Below are positions 31,573 through 42,525 of a DNA stretch of 64,000 bases, one piece after another. This DNA comes from Cyanobacteria bacterium P01_D01_bin.156 (GTDB taxonomy: Bacteria; Cyanobacteriota; Cyanobacteriia; Phormidesmidales; Phormidesmidaceae), in the NCBI GenBank assembly GCA_039024555.1, contig JBCCQQ010000009.1:67509-131508 (forward strand), written 5' to 3'. Below the pieces are notes generated by a model. It did no database searches and was not told where the DNA came from. It worked only from the letters and a program-made list of their open reading frames with translations. Numbering within the stretch: the stretch's first letter is position 1; each line of letters opens with the position of its first letter. A program made the position numbers and the translations under genes.

Positions 31573-32286
31573 AGTTGAATTCTACTTAAAACCCTCTACT
31601 AGCTTAAAGCGATTTCTCTACAGTCGCTGTGATAACACCGTATTTTTCTCTTAAAACCTTAATCCAGGAGCTCTATCTAACTAAATTGCAGAAGTAAGCA
31701 ACTGAGCAGATACACTTCCGTCTCAAGGTGTGCATGGGCTGTTAAAACGCAATGATGTTTTTGATGGAAAAATGAGACAAGTCGATAACAACAATATTTA
31801 GAAAACAATCATATCTTCCAATATATACGTCTTTTCTACAGGTGAAAGCGTGCTTGATTAGTTATTCTCCGAGGGAAATCGATGCTAACACCAGAATCAA
31901 TAACAGATCTTGGATTGCACTTGGATGCTTGGAAAGTCTCTTATTGCTTGTTAATGAAGGGTGTATTTGACATGTTGTTGCAGGTGATTGGAGATGGAAA
32001 ATCTATGGCTGAGCTGGGAGTTTTTCAATCTGTTGGGTTTCCCTGCAGGCGACAGCTCTGTGGTAGTTGTTAAGGGATTTTTGTGAGAATCAACTCTATG
32101 GCTTCTCAAAAAAAATTGAAGGTCTTTTGAGAGTTGTTTTGATAAGGTTTTTAGGATGAATAGATAATAAAATATCAGCTCAAAGCTGATGTGATAACAG
32201 GGTTGCTGCCTATGAAAATCGCTTAAGACGAGCCTTGCGATTCAGAATATTCATATTTATGCTTTCTGTTGTCGTGAAATGATTCT

Positions 32287-33297
32287 TCAGGTAGCATCAT
32301 CAGGTGGTAGCGGCAGGTGTAAGAGCTGAATATCTACACCGATCACCCGAGCTAATAACCCCCCTGGAAATGGATCGGTTTGACTATGGTTGGGGGCATC
32401 AGCGAGGGCCACTAGTTTTTCAATATGTTCAAAATTGGGCTGTTGAGGTAATGCCTGTTGTAGTAGCTGACGAGCGACCCGTCGTTGTAAAGCGAGGGGT
32501 GCGTCTTTAAAAACAGCCCGTTGAATTTTCCAGCCATTATCCATTGGCTTCACGGCATCAGCATATAGCTGCTTGGCCTGTGCCTCTAGATAGTTAACCT
32601 CTGCAGTAAAAATCTCAGCTGTTTGGGCCAGAGTTGTTTCTGCTCTGGGATTAAAATGCGATCGCAAATAGGGCATTAACTCCTGGCGAATACGATTGCG
32701 TCGGTAACGCCAGTCATCATTTGAGGTATCTTGCCAAATTGGTAATGCTAACTCTTGGCAAAACTCACCCGTTTGCTGCCGAGTGAGCGTCAGGAGAGGC
32801 CGAGTTACCAAAATAGCCTGAGTTGTAGAACTCAGGGGACGCTGCCAAGCCAATGCTTGCAACCCATTTGCTCCACTACCCCGTAATAGGTTATAGAGCA
32901 GGGTTTCTGCACGATCCGTTGCCGTATGTCCCGTGACAACTTGACTATAGCGATTGGCTTCAGCAACTGCTTGAAATCTCTCATAACGCCACTGACGTGC
33001 GGCTGCTTCCGTTGCTGGTAACTCTTCAGCATTTTCCAGAAAGAAAGGCACCTCCCACTGCTTTGCTAGCTGTTCAACATGGGTCGCATTCTCTCTAGAA
33101 TCTTCTCGCCAGCCATGATCACAATGGACAATACTCAGCCGCCAGTGCCATTTCGGCTGTAGATCTAACAACAGTTTTGCCATGCATAAAGAATCCTGCC
33201 CCCCGGAGACGGCCATCAGAATGGTGGTCTCTTTTGGGAGCAGGCGCTTGGTTTTTAGTAATGTGTGAATCTGCGCGTGAATGGCAGTCCAAGTCAT
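32287..33297 (-). CDS. tilS: tRNA(Ile)-lysidine synthetase
   Basis: AVSGGQDS, HCDHGWR, EAAARQWRY, GHTATDRAET, RNRIR. Confidence 0.96.
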   Translation of the reverse strand: MTWTAIHAQIHTLLKTKRLLPKETTILMAVSGGQDSLCMAKLLLDLQPKWHWRLSIVHCDHGWREDSRENATHVEQLAKQWEVPFFLENAEELPATEAAARQWRYERFQAVAEANRYSQVVTGHTATDRAETLLYNLLRGSGANGLQALAWQRPLSSTTQAILVTRPLLTLTRQQTGEFCQELALPIWQDTSNDDWRYRRNRIRQELMPYLRSHFNPRAETTLAQTAEIFTAEVNYLEAQAKQLYADAVKPMDNGWKIQRAVFKDAPLALQRRVARQLLQQALPQQPNFEHIEKLVALADAPNHSQTDPFPGGLLARVIGVDIQLLHLPLPPDDAT

Positions 33298-33312
33298 TAC
33301 ATAGAGTCGGTC

Positions 33313-35502
33313 TTAGTGATCCGAGTTAGTGAATTTATCAGCAATGTCAGAGGCTTTATCTATGCCCTGCTGACCCAGGTTTTCAACACCATCCTTTACG
33401 TTATTAGCTTGATTTTTAGTATGGTTGGCTAAATCATCAGCTTTCTCCGCAGCATTGTTGACACCCTTGCGCACGCTATCCCATAGAGACTTAGGCGCAT
33501 TCTTTGCATCATTTACACTGCTTTTCATGGCATTGCCTGTTTTGTCAGCTACATTGCTAACGCCATCAGTGACAGCGTCTGCACCGTTGCCTAGGGTGTT
33601 GCCTGCTTGGTTCAGTCCACCTTTGATGCCATTCCCCATGGCACTTACGCCACCTTGAACAGCATTACCGGCATTATTAAGGCCGCCTTTGACTGTGTCT
33701 AGACCCCCTCTAGCCGTATCACCAGCATTATTAAGGCCGTCTTTGATACCAGTGCCCATGTCGCTTACGCCACCTTGGACAGCATTGCCAGCACGATCAA
33801 AGCTGTTTTTCAGGTTTCCTAAGCCGTCTTTAGCAGTTTGGCCAGCATGAGTAACACCACCTTGAGCCGCATCACCAATATTGTCCAGACCCCCTTTCAC
33901 TGCACCAACGCCACCCTTAGCAGTGTTGCCCAGATTATTTAATCCTTCTTTGGCAACATTGCCTGTTTGTCTAGTGGTAGCCCAAGCGGCCCCACCAGCA
34001 GCGGTAGCAGCACCACCAGCGGCAGCGCCTGCTCTGCCAATTCCGTCTACAACATTAGGGGCCTTAAGCTTCGGACCTTTAGCACTGGGGGCTGTAGCAT
34101 AGTTAGCACCCGTGGTGTGACTCGTACCAGTCGCGTAGCGCTGGTTGGTGTGCTCCTCGTGCTCACGGCGACGACGCTCACCCCAAGCAACTAAGCCTAG
34201 ACAGGCGGCTGGTACAACCATTAGCCACCAAAGATTTAGCCGTGTTTGACTGTTAGGGTTACGAGTGTTTGCAGTAGCTTCTACAGCATTAGTAGTCGCA
34301 TCAGCTGCGCCTTGAACGGTATTGTCTGCAGCATCCGCAGCATTAGTGACAGCGTCACCAGCCGCCCCGGCAGCCCCTTGAATGGCATTACCAGCTGCTC
34401 CGGCAACATCACCAGCGGTATCCGCCGCACCCTTGATGACGTCACCGGTTGCTCCAGCAACACCCCCAGCAGCAACACCGGCTGCTCCAGCAACATTACC
34501 AGCGGTATCCGCAGCGCCCTTGATAGCATTACCAGCCGCTCCGGCAGCACCCTGAACCGCATCACCCGTAGCATTAGCAACATTACCCGCTGCATCCGCA
34601 GCGCCTGTGACGGTGTTACTTGCTGCCTTTACCAGGCCAGAGAAGGGATTCACTCCTTGAAGAGTGGTCTGACCAGGTTTGCCAGCTGCATACCCTAGAA
34701 ATGCCGCACTACCTACCGAAGGCTCACCCTGATAAACCAAGGAAAATGGCTGAGAAAAGGGATAACGAGAATCTGTAGGGAGTGTTTTGTGCATGGGCAG
34801 GATGTTGATGCCTGTCATTCCATCCACTTCATCAAACAAGGCATAGCTGATGCCGTCTTGGCCAAGCTGCTGAACGATATCAGCAGTGCTATCTGCATTC
34901 ACCTGAGTTGCTGTTGAGCCAGTGGCAAACTGAGCAGCTTTAAAGACTGGATAGGGTGATAGAGAAATGCGTGTATCGCTGGTAATAGGGCGGTCTACCA
35001 GACGAATAGGAGTGTTAGGGCCACCTACTTCAGACCAGTTGGTAATTTCGCCCCGGAAAATTTTGGCAAACTGCTCGGTAGTGAGGTTGCCGTTAAATGG
35101 GTTCTCAGCACCTACGATCACCGCAATTTTTACCCGCTGAATATTTTCAGCCACCAGCCCTTGGGACACTTCGGCATCACTTAAGGGACGACTGATAGCA
35201 GCTAATTCTGAGCTGCCATGCAGGACTGCTTCGATTGCCTGGTCGCTAGGAACCGTATCAACATTCACGTTGGTTCCATTGAACTTATCTTCAAACCCTG
35301 CTTTTAAGGCTTCACTGATTACCGTCATGGCATCGGCACCGCTACTGACGCTGACGGTGGTGCCAGAGGGGACATCAGCAGGGACTTCAAAGGTTGTGGC
35401 AGCTAGCACTGCAGATTGAAAAAACGGCTGCTGACTGGGGGCTACTGCCGCGAGTAAAGCAACTGTGGCTGCTAGGGAAAATACGGAGCGATGCTTGAGC
35501 AT
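33313..35502 (-). CDS. PstS-like substrate-binding domain membrane protein with Gly/Ala-rich amphipathic repeats
   Basis: Signal peptide; PBP-like domain (LAAISRPL, IFRGEITNWSEVGG, LVDRP); AAG repeats; TM LWWLMVVPAACLGLVAWG then ERRRR; cytoplasmic 11/7-mer repeats. Confidence 0.8.
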   Translation of the reverse strand: MLKHRSVFSLAATVALLAAVAPSQQPFFQSAVLAATTFEVPADVPSGTTVSVSSGADAMTVISEALKAGFEDKFNGTNVNVDTVPSDQAIEAVLHGSSELAAISRPLSDAEVSQGLVAENIQRVKIAVIVGAENPFNGNLTTEQFAKIFRGEITNWSEVGGPNTPIRLVDRPITSDTRISLSPYPVFKAAQFATGSTATQVNADSTADIVQQLGQDGISYALFDEVDGMTGINILPMHKTLPTDSRYPFSQPFSLVYQGEPSVGSAAFLGYAAGKPGQTTLQGVNPFSGLVKAASNTVTGAADAAGNVANATGDAVQGAAGAAGNAIKGAADTAGNVAGAAGVAAGGVAGATGDVIKGAADTAGDVAGAAGNAIQGAAGAAGDAVTNAADAADNTVQGAADATTNAVEATANTRNPNSQTRLNLWWLMVVPAACLGLVAWGERRRREHEEHTNQRYATGTSHTTGANYATAPSAKGPKLKAPNVVDGIGRAGAAAGGAATAAGGAAWATTRQTGNVAKEGLNNLGNTAKGGVGAVKGGLDNIGDAAQGGVTHAGQTAKDGLGNLKNSFDRAGNAVQGGVSDMGTGIKDGLNNAGDTARGGLDTVKGGLNNAGNAVQGGVSAMGNGIKGGLNQAGNTLGNGADAVTDGVSNVADKTGNAMKSSVNDAKNAPKSLWDSVRKGVNNAAEKADDLANHTKNQANNVKDGVENLGQQGIDKASDIADKFTNSDH

Positions 35503-35847
35503 GTCTAAACCTCGTAGCTTTATTAAATAACGGTTTGAAAGAATGCCTGAGGGAAACAGTGTGGACGTTTGATTTTTAACACTAAGAGCCTGGGTACTCG
35601 TTCAGGGGATAACTTCAGGTTTTTTTTATTTCAAAAATTAAATCTGTTGAAGCTTTATGTCGTAAGGTCTCGAGTGTGATTGTTAGAAGTCTTGCAGCTG
35701 ATCTTGCTAAGCCAGGTCGACCTAGTCGCTTCAAAAGTGAGGTCCGACGATATATTGGTTTATGCTTTGCGGTGACTGATACAGTCGACCTCACTGTTTT
35801 CTATCTGTCGTGAAAGATGTCCTAATGGCCCTGTAGTCAATTTGAGT

Positions 35848-36846
35848 ATGGATAACAGATCAGACGATAAGCCAATTGAGTCTCCGAGCGGGGCTCCCAA
35901 ACTGGAGGCTGAGAGTGTAAAGCCTCCAGATTTACCGGCTGTATCAGAAAGCCCTGTTATGAATCGCCAGACCAATCCTGCTTCAGAGGGTCGGGCAGCT
36001 TTAGCTGACCGACTTAAACGTTCTAACGATGTCGAACTCTATGTGTTTGATGAGACATCTGATGAGGATATTCCTGATCTCGTGGATGTGTCCACATTAG
36101 ACGTGGGAGTTGAGGCGTCTGAACCTGTTCCTAAACAACAGGTGACGTTTAAGAGTGAACAGGGACGATTGTTATTGATCTTACCAACATCCGCTAAAAC
36201 AAGTTTTGCTCCTGCGGAATGGGAAGCCCTGTGCCAACAGCTAACCTTGCGATTAAAGTCTGAGGACCGATTTTTTCAGCCCAACACAACCGTGCATCTG
36301 ATTGCCCGGGACCGCTTGCTGGATGGTCGCCAGCTCCAGGAAATGGATGAACTGCTGCAAGCGTCTCAGCTCTATATGAAGCGTGTTTATACTCAACGTC
36401 GTCAAACAGCGGTGGCTGCCGTGAGCGTTGGGTATTCGGTGGAGCAGCAAACGAAGTTAGATCATTTGACGACTGCACAGGGGGAAGCGATGGAGGCTCC
36501 CCTGTACTTGCAGGCAACAGTGCGTTCAGGGACTGAAATTCGCCATCCGGGCTCCATTGTGGTTTTGGGAGATGTTAATCCGGGTGGTTCGCTGATCGCA
36601 TCTGGAGATATTTTTGTATGGGGACGCCTGCGGGGAGTGGTCCATGCGGGATCTGACGGTAACGTTGCCTGTCGCATCATGGCGCTGCATATGCAACCTA
36701 CGCAGTTGCGTATTGCTGATAATGTTGCCCGAGCTCCGGAGAAGCCACCAGCGCTGTATCAACCGGAAGTTGCCTATGTCAGTCAAGGGAGTATCCGTAT
36801 TGCGATCGCATCTGAATTTGCCCAGATGCACCTCAATACCCCATAA
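35848..36846 (+). CDS. minC: Septum site-determining protein MinC
   Basis: TVRSGTEI, LGDVNPGG, VWGRLRGVVHAG, PTQLRIA; first gene of minCDE. Confidence 0.95.
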   Translation: MDNRSDDKPIESPSGAPKLEAESVKPPDLPAVSESPVMNRQTNPASEGRAALADRLKRSNDVELYVFDETSDEDIPDLVDVSTLDVGVEASEPVPKQQVTFKSEQGRLLLILPTSAKTSFAPAEWEALCQQLTLRLKSEDRFFQPNTTVHLIARDRLLDGRQLQEMDELLQASQLYMKRVYTQRRQTAVAAVSVGYSVEQQTKLDHLTTAQGEAMEAPLYLQATVRSGTEIRHPGSIVVLGDVNPGGSLIASGDIFVWGRLRGVVHAGSDGNVACRIMALHMQPTQLRIADNVARAPEKPPALYQPEVAYVSQGSIRIAIASEFAQMHLNTP

Positions 36847-37008
36847 CCAGAGGGATAGACAACACACTTTGAATTACTTAGCGGGCTGAGTTCAAAAAAA
36901 TTACCATGGGAATTTTCTATAAAATTTCCCACAACGTGCGATTATTGCCCTACCTTAAGCCCAATCCCCTGCGAACACCGTCCTTAATTGCCCATTGAAT
37001 CTATGGCT

Positions 37009-37803
37009 ATGAACCGCATTATTGTCGTTACCTCCGGCAAGGGAGGTGTTGGGAAAACTACCTGTACCGCGAACTTGGGTATGGCCCTTGCCAAGTCTGG
37101 CAAACGTGTTGTCGTCATTGATGCTGACTTTGGGCTACGAAATCTAGATCTGCTGCTTGGTCTGGAAAATCGCATTGTTTACACGGCGCTGGATGTGCTG
37201 GCTGGAGAATGTCGTCTCGATCAGGCATTGGTCAAGGATAAGCGTCAGCCCAATTTAGCGCTATTACCGGCGGCCCAAAATCGATCAAAGGAGTCCATTA
37301 CGCCAGAACAAATGCAAAAGTTGGTGAGGGCTCTGACTAAGGCCTATAACTTTGTATTGATTGATAGTCCTGCTGGTATCGAGATGGGGTTTCGCAATGC
37401 GATCGCAGCTGCCCGTGAAGCCATTATTGTAACGACTCCAGAAATTTCTGCGGTGCGTGATGCTGATCGCGTGATTGGCTTGCTAGAAGCCAATGATGTC
37501 AAAGCCATGCGATTAATTATTAATCGTCTGAAGCCTGCCATGGTCGAAGCGGAACAAATGATGTCAGTGAAGGATGTTCAAGATATCTTGGCGGTACCGC
37601 TCTTAGGGGTGATTCCCGATGACGAGCAAGTGGTTGTTTCTACTAACAATGGGGAACCGTTAATTTTGGCTAAAGAGCTTACCCAGGCTGGAATTGCGGT
37701 GTCCAACATTGCCCGTCGACTTCAGGGTGAAAAAGTACCCCTGATGGATCTCAGTGTTCCTAAGGAAAGCTTCTTTAAAAAACTGCGTCAGTTATTTAAC
37801 TAG
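37009..37803 (+). CDS. minD: Septum site-determining ATPase MinD
   Basis: SGKGGVGKTT, DFGLRNLDLLLGLE, DSPAGIE, C-terminal amphipathic helix. Confidence 0.97.
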   Translation: MNRIIVVTSGKGGVGKTTCTANLGMALAKSGKRVVVIDADFGLRNLDLLLGLENRIVYTALDVLAGECRLDQALVKDKRQPNLALLPAAQNRSKESITPEQMQKLVRALTKAYNFVLIDSPAGIEMGFRNAIAAAREAIIVTTPEISAVRDADRVIGLLEANDVKAMRLIINRLKPAMVEAEQMMSVKDVQDILAVPLLGVIPDDEQVVVSTNNGEPLILAKELTQAGIAVSNIARRLQGEKVPLMDLSVPKESFFKKLRQLFN

Positions 37804-37867
37804 TTTTATCTAAACGCTCGATGAGCGACGACCGTTGCTTCTACGCTCCGCCATATGGGAAACGACC

Positions 37868-38257
37868 ATGATTAGCGACTTCCTCGAACGACTTTTTGGC
37901 TCTCGTGAACCCGTTAGCCGCGATACGGCAAAACAGCGATTGCGATTAGTCCTGGCCCACGACCGTTCCGATATTTCCCCGCAAAACTTAGAAAAGCTAC
38001 GCAAGGAAATTTTAGAGGTAGTGTCACGCTACGTGGAGTTGGACTTCGATAGTCTTGAATTTTCCCTGGAGTCGGACCAGCGAATGACGGCGTTGATGGC
38101 TAACTTACCCATCCGTCGCGTATTGTCAAATCCGCTGGAGCCCGATAGTCCTGTAGAGGAAACAGAGGAGCCTAAGTTACAGCTGGATATGGAGCCGATT
38201 GAGCTAAATAATGCGGTGGAAGAAGTGTCAGAAACCGCTGATATTCCTCTGGATTAA
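37868..38257 (+). CDS. minE: Cell division topological specificity factor MinE
   Basis: AKQRLRLVLAHDR, EILEVVSRYVE, ANLPIRR. Confidence 0.95.
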   Translation: MISDFLERLFGSREPVSRDTAKQRLRLVLAHDRSDISPQNLEKLRKEILEVVSRYVELDFDSLEFSLESDQRMTALMANLPIRRVLSNPLEPDSPVEETEEPKLQLDMEPIELNNAVEEVSETADIPLD

Positions 38258-38301
38258 GCCTTGTCTAGGTTTTGTTGTTGGGTTGCTTAGACGGGCAGCT
38301 A

Positions 38302-38772
38302 TCATCGCCACTGGCGATTGTATTCATAGATGGCAATCGCTGCCGCTGTATGTACATTCAGGGATTCCACTTGTCCATATTGGGGAATCTTTAGCGACAC
38401 ATCGCATAGGGGGGTAATTGTTTTCGGGATACCAGTAAGCTCTCGCCCCAGTAGCAGTAACGTATTTGCTGAAAACTCATATTGTGTAAGGCTCTGGGCA
38501 CTATTGTCGATGGTTAGCGCCACTCGCGTGTAATGCACCTGTTGAGTCAGCCAGTCAGCTAGCTGGTCCGTGGGTAAATAGCTTATGGATTGCCACTGCT
38601 GTGCCGAAGCTGCAATCTTGCGAAACGTCCACGAATCATCCAGTGTGGGGAGAATTAAATGATCTACTCCCAAAACCTCACAACTGCGACAAAGGGCAGC
38701 CTGGTTAGTAGCTTTCTCTATTAAGGACGCGCAGACAACTAAACGGGGAATAGATTTATCCATGGGAACCAT
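38302..38772 (-). CDS. TrmH/SpoU family RNA methyltransferase
   Basis: LLGRELTGIP, IPQYGQVESLNV, IYEY. Confidence 0.88.
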   Translation of the reverse strand: MVPMDKSIPRLVVCASLIEKATNQAALCRSCEVLGVDHLILPTLDDSWTFRKIAASAQQWQSISYLPTDQLADWLTQQVHYTRVALTIDNSAQSLTQYEFSANTLLLLGRELTGIPKTITPLCDVSLKIPQYGQVESLNVHTAAAIAIYEYNRQWR

Positions 38773-38798
38773 CCCCCAAACACTTAAGCGAGTTTGAG

Positions 38799-39410
38799 TT
38801 AAGAATCGGCGGGTACTAGTTCCACATTTAGTTCATTCACAGGACGTCGTTGGAGTTCTTCTGAGGCTTCGCGGGGCAACAACTCAAAGACTTCACGAAA
38901 TACATCATCAACAGCCTCGTATTTCAGGGCTCCAGTTTGGTCAAAACGAACTTCGCCATTGCTGTCTAATACCAGTGTCTGAGGTACGGACCCTTTGAAG
39001 TAGTAGCCTGGTTCGTTGGGGCCGAAAGAGTCCTTCAGGGGAATGGCGTCGGCCATGACAGGAACGAAATTTGCCACTCGGCCATAGGGTGCCTGGAGTT
39101 GGGAAATTACAAAGGAATATTCTTTGCAGTCTCGGCTGTCATCTACATAGAAAAATAGCAGTGTGGGCTTTTCCTGTTTGAGGGATTGAGCCAGGCTGAC
39201 TCGCGGTGGCACGATGGCCCCATTACCAGCATAGAGGGCAAAAATATTGCCGTCGTAGCGATCATCTGTGAGGCTGGCCAATGCCTGTCCTGGAAAGCCA
39301 AGCATAGGAATTAGTAACGTTGCGATCGCACAAGCCACCATCAGCTTCTGCAAAATAGCTTTAGTGGTGTTGCGCAGTTGCGTCACTCCAAACTTACCCA
39401 TAACTCCCAT
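38799..39410 (-). CDS. Thioredoxin-like thylakoid protein (photosystem I accumulation factor family)
   Basis: DDRYDGNIFALYAGNG, FYVDDSRDCK, YYFKGSVPQT; signal-like segment. Confidence 0.75.
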   Translation of the reverse strand: MGVMGKFGVTQLRNTTKAILQKLMVACAIATLLIPMLGFPGQALASLTDDRYDGNIFALYAGNGAIVPPRVSLAQSLKQEKPTLLFFYVDDSRDCKEYSFVISQLQAPYGRVANFVPVMADAIPLKDSFGPNEPGYYFKGSVPQTLVLDSNGEVRFDQTGALKYEAVDDVFREVFELLPREASEELQRRPVNELNVELVPADS

Positions 39411-39515
39411 ACAAAAATAAAAATCCTTCGGTTCACCCGATCACGCTATTACCATTACGCCATAGAACGGGCATTGCCTACTACAAAGGATGCTGATGAG
39501 AGAGTAAACGGGGGA

Positions 39516-40154
39516 TTATGTGCCGCGAAAGCTGTTGATCACATTCTGGAGTTCGGCTTTGGCGTTGGCATAATTTTCGGCACTACTCCAAGCGACGACT
39601 TGATAGTAGTGCTCAGCCCCCTCAATGGTGGTGTGGAGATAAATCACCGGTAGGTCATCAATCCTGCCCCTGACCTCATATTGTCTGGCATTTAAGCCGT
39701 TGAGTTTGGTGATATCCGTGGCAACCTCAGTTTGTTCTTGGGTGAGCCCCCAGTCCAGATAGCTCCGGTAGGTGTTGGAATTATCGGATAGGTCAAAGCC
39801 GGTAATATCACCCCGGTCGACGGTACGTTTTTGGTCTGCCAAAACCAGCACGTACATGCTCCGATCTTCATGGGCTGCATAGAGATCGGCATCGGGACGC
39901 AGACGTTTTCGCACATCTTCCCAGCCTTCCGGAAGGGTGAGCTCCACATTGCTCACTTCGTTTTTGATCAGCTTTTCACCGGTCGTTAGATTTTGAATAG
40001 AGATGGAATTAATCACATCTCGGGTGCGTTCTCCAAAGCGATCGCAGCCTGAGAGTCCCACCAATAGACAGCTAGCAGCGATAACAACGGGGCGTTTAAC
40101 ACTAAACAACGGTTGCCTCAATTGCTTAGATAGTTGCTCAAACTGAAAATCCAT
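39516..40154 (-). CDS. Hypothetical lipoprotein (possibly PsbP/Mog1-like fold)
   Basis: Lipobox LSGC, LTLPEGW, YLHTTIEG..YYQVVAW, VINSF; start uncertain (ORF open to 40184). Confidence 0.65.
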   Translation of the reverse strand: MDFQFEQLSKQLRQPLFSVKRPVVIAASCLLVGLSGCDRFGERTRDVINSISIQNLTTGEKLIKNEVSNVELTLPEGWEDVRKRLRPDADLYAAHEDRSMYVLVLADQKRTVDRGDITGFDLSDNSNTYRSYLDWGLTQEQTEVATDITKLNGLNARQYEVRGRIDDLPVIYLHTTIEGAEHYYQVVAWSSAENYANAKAELQNVINSFRGT

Positions 40155-40307
40155 GGTGCGCAGAACCAAAACAATTGCTGGCATTTTATAGCCTTCGTCC
40201 CATTCTCAGAACGCCATCTTGGGAAAACACGGAAACGTTTAGGGAATCCTTAAGACTTTTTTGGCCTATGCTGGACTATGGAAAATTCTTCATAACTTTT
40301 AGAGGCC

Positions 40308-41399
40308 ATGCTCAGAGCTGGAATCGTCGGGCTCCCTAACGTAGGCAAATCTACCCTTTTTAACGCGCTGGTCGAAAATGCCAAAGCCCAAGCTGCTAAT
40401 TTCCCGTTCTGTACCATTGAGCCGAATGTCGGTGTGGTAGCTGTGCCCGATAGTCGCCTAAATGTTCTCACAGAAATCTCCAACTCTGACAAGACTGTAC
40501 CGGCCCGCATTGAATTTGTAGATATTGCCGGCTTAGTGAAAGGCGCAAGTAAAGGTGAAGGGTTAGGCAATCAGTTTTTAGCGAACATTCGTGAAGTAGA
40601 CGCCATTGTCCATGTGGTGCGCTGTTTTGAAAATGATGACATCATCCATGTGGATGGCTCTATTGACCCACTACGGGATGCTGAGATCATTAACCTAGAG
40701 TTGGCCCTGGCAGACTTAGATCAAATTGAACGACGTCTGGAGCGGGTGCGCAAACAGGCCCGTAAGGATACCGATGCCCAGGCAGAACTAGCAGTTCTTG
40801 AAAAAATTCAGCCGGTGCTGGCTGAGGGTAAGTCCGCTCGGACAGTTGACCTTGAGGAGGACGAAGAACTCCTGATCAAGTCCTTGGGATTTTTAACCCG
40901 TAAGCCAATTATCTACGCCGCGAATGTTTCCGAAGATGAGCTGGCAGAAGGCAATGCGTGGGTGGAAAAAGTGAAAGGTTTGGCGGAGGAGGAAGATGCC
41001 CAAGTAGTCACCATTTCTGCCCAAGTGGAATCCGAGCTACTGGAGCTACCTGAAGACGAACGCATAGACTTTTTAGAAGCTTTGGGTGTCGAAGAAGGTG
41101 GCCTGAAGTCGCTGATTCGAGCTACTTATGACCTTCTAGGGCTGCGTACTTACTTCACCACTGGCCCTCAAGAAAGTCGCGCCTGGACAATTACTTCGGG
41201 TATGTCTGCGCCCCAGGCGGCTGGGGTGATTCACACTGACTTTGAACGGGGCTTTATTCGTGCCGAAACTATTGCTTATCAAGACCTGATAGATCATGGC
41301 TCCATGAATGCGGCCAAGGAAAAAGGTCTGTTACGCAGTGAAGGAAAGGAATACATCGTTCAAGAAGGCGATGTGATGCTGTTCAGATTCAATGTGTAG
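40308..41399 (+). CDS. ychF: Redox-regulated ATPase YchF
   Basis: [39 protein letters not shown]. Confidence 0.98.
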   Translation: MLRAGIVGLPNVGKSTLFNALVENAKAQAANFPFCTIEPNVGVVAVPDSRLNVLTEISNSDKTVPARIEFVDIAGLVKGASKGEGLGNQFLANIREVDAIVHVVRCFENDDIIHVDGSIDPLRDAEIINLELALADLDQIERRLERVRKQARKDTDAQAELAVLEKIQPVLAEGKSARTVDLEEDEELLIKSLGFLTRKPIIYAANVSEDELAEGNAWVEKVKGLAEEEDAQVVTISAQVESELLELPEDERIDFLEALGVEEGGLKSLIRATYDLLGLRTYFTTGPQESRAWTITSGMSAPQAAGVIHTDFERGFIRAETIAYQDLIDHGSMNAAKEKGLLRSEGKEYIVQEGDVMLFRFNV

Positions 41400-41620
41400 C
41401 GTTTCTACCCGTATGGCGATCTCTTGAATTTGCTAAGAGTGGTTGACAGGTCTGATTAGAAATATTGGTGCAGGGCGCGATGGTTTGGGCTAAGAATATA
41501 CCCTTAGTTGGTCAAGGGTGATGGCGAGCTGTTCTTGAAAGATATTTGACAAGAGGCTATCTATCCAAGGCAGATCCGATTAGAATCTGTCCAACCGGTA
41601 TTCTCAGATAGCTGGAACCC

Positions 41621-42463
41621 GTGCTTAATCGGCTGCTTAAATTTCCGTTTCCAATGCCTGCTTGGGCCGTCCTTTCATTGATCATGAATGGTGTGCTATT
41701 TGGAGCACTCTTGCTGATCTGGCAAGAAAAACCCCGGCAAAGCCAGACTTCATCAGTTCTACCCCAGGCCAGTGCGGCTAATCCTGCTGCACTCACTGAT
41801 GCTGCTGATCTGTTTAAAGGTGTGCCAGAAACTCGACCAAAACTGACCTATGAGCAATGGGTCGATTTGTTGGGTAAAGAATTAGAAACGATGGCCGTCA
41901 AGAATCCAGACCATCTGACCATTTTGCTGGGTGATTCCTTGAGTTTGTGGTTTCCTGCAGAGCTGCTGCCCGGTCGGCGAGTATGGATGAATCAAGGTAT
42001 TTCTGGGGAAAAAACCTACACCCTACTATCCAGGCTTCACCTGCTGGATGTTGCGCAAGTAGATACGATTTTCTTGATGATTGGTATCAATGATTTGATT
42101 TGGGGGCAAAGCGATCAGCAAGTTTTAGAGAATTACCGCGACATTATGGATTACCTGGTAATCAACCATCCGAATACTCAGGTTGTTGTCCAGTCGATTT
42201 TGCCCCATGGTGCGGAAACAGCCACCTGGGAAAGTCGGCATCTACTTCTGAAACTGCCCAATGAGCGAATTCAGGCTCTCAATCAATCGTTGCAATCCAT
42301 TGCAAACGACTACGATGCCTATTATATGGAGCTCTACCCAATTTTTTCGAATGGAGAAGGGAAGCTGAGGCCAGATTTGACAACGGATGGACTCCATCTA
42401 AATCGCCAAGGCTATCTGGTGTGGCGTGCTGCGATCGCGCTCTACAGTCAGCTAGAGTTGTAA
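41621..42463 (+). CDS. SGNH/GDSL hydrolase with N-terminal membrane anchor
   Basis: GDSL, NQGISGE, IGINDL, DGLH. Confidence 0.9.
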   Translation: MLNRLLKFPFPMPAWAVLSLIMNGVLFGALLLIWQEKPRQSQTSSVLPQASAANPAALTDAADLFKGVPETRPKLTYEQWVDLLGKELETMAVKNPDHLTILLGDSLSLWFPAELLPGRRVWMNQGISGEKTYTLLSRLHLLDVAQVDTIFLMIGINDLIWGQSDQQVLENYRDIMDYLVINHPNTQVVVQSILPHGAETATWESRHLLLKLPNERIQALNQSLQSIANDYDAYYMELYPIFSNGEGKLRPDLTTDGLHLNRQGYLVWRAAIALYSQLEL

Positions 42464-42525
42464 TTCTCACGCGCCCTTCCCCTTTTCGGTAGACTGAGTA
42501 TAATTGCTGCCTCTTCGGGATACCC

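Noticed and set aside
31573..32286. 700-bp gap containing the 63-aa ORF 31882-32073
   Set aside because: No recognisable protein, repeat or RNA structure; left uncalled
33425..34698. Several 70-150 aa ORFs overlapping the repeat region of the PstS-like gene
   Set aside because: Shadows of Gly/Ala repeat codons with no independent signals
35848..38257. Acidic extensions on MinC (N-terminus) and MinE (C-terminus)
   Set aside because: Such extensions are usual in cyanobacterial Min proteins
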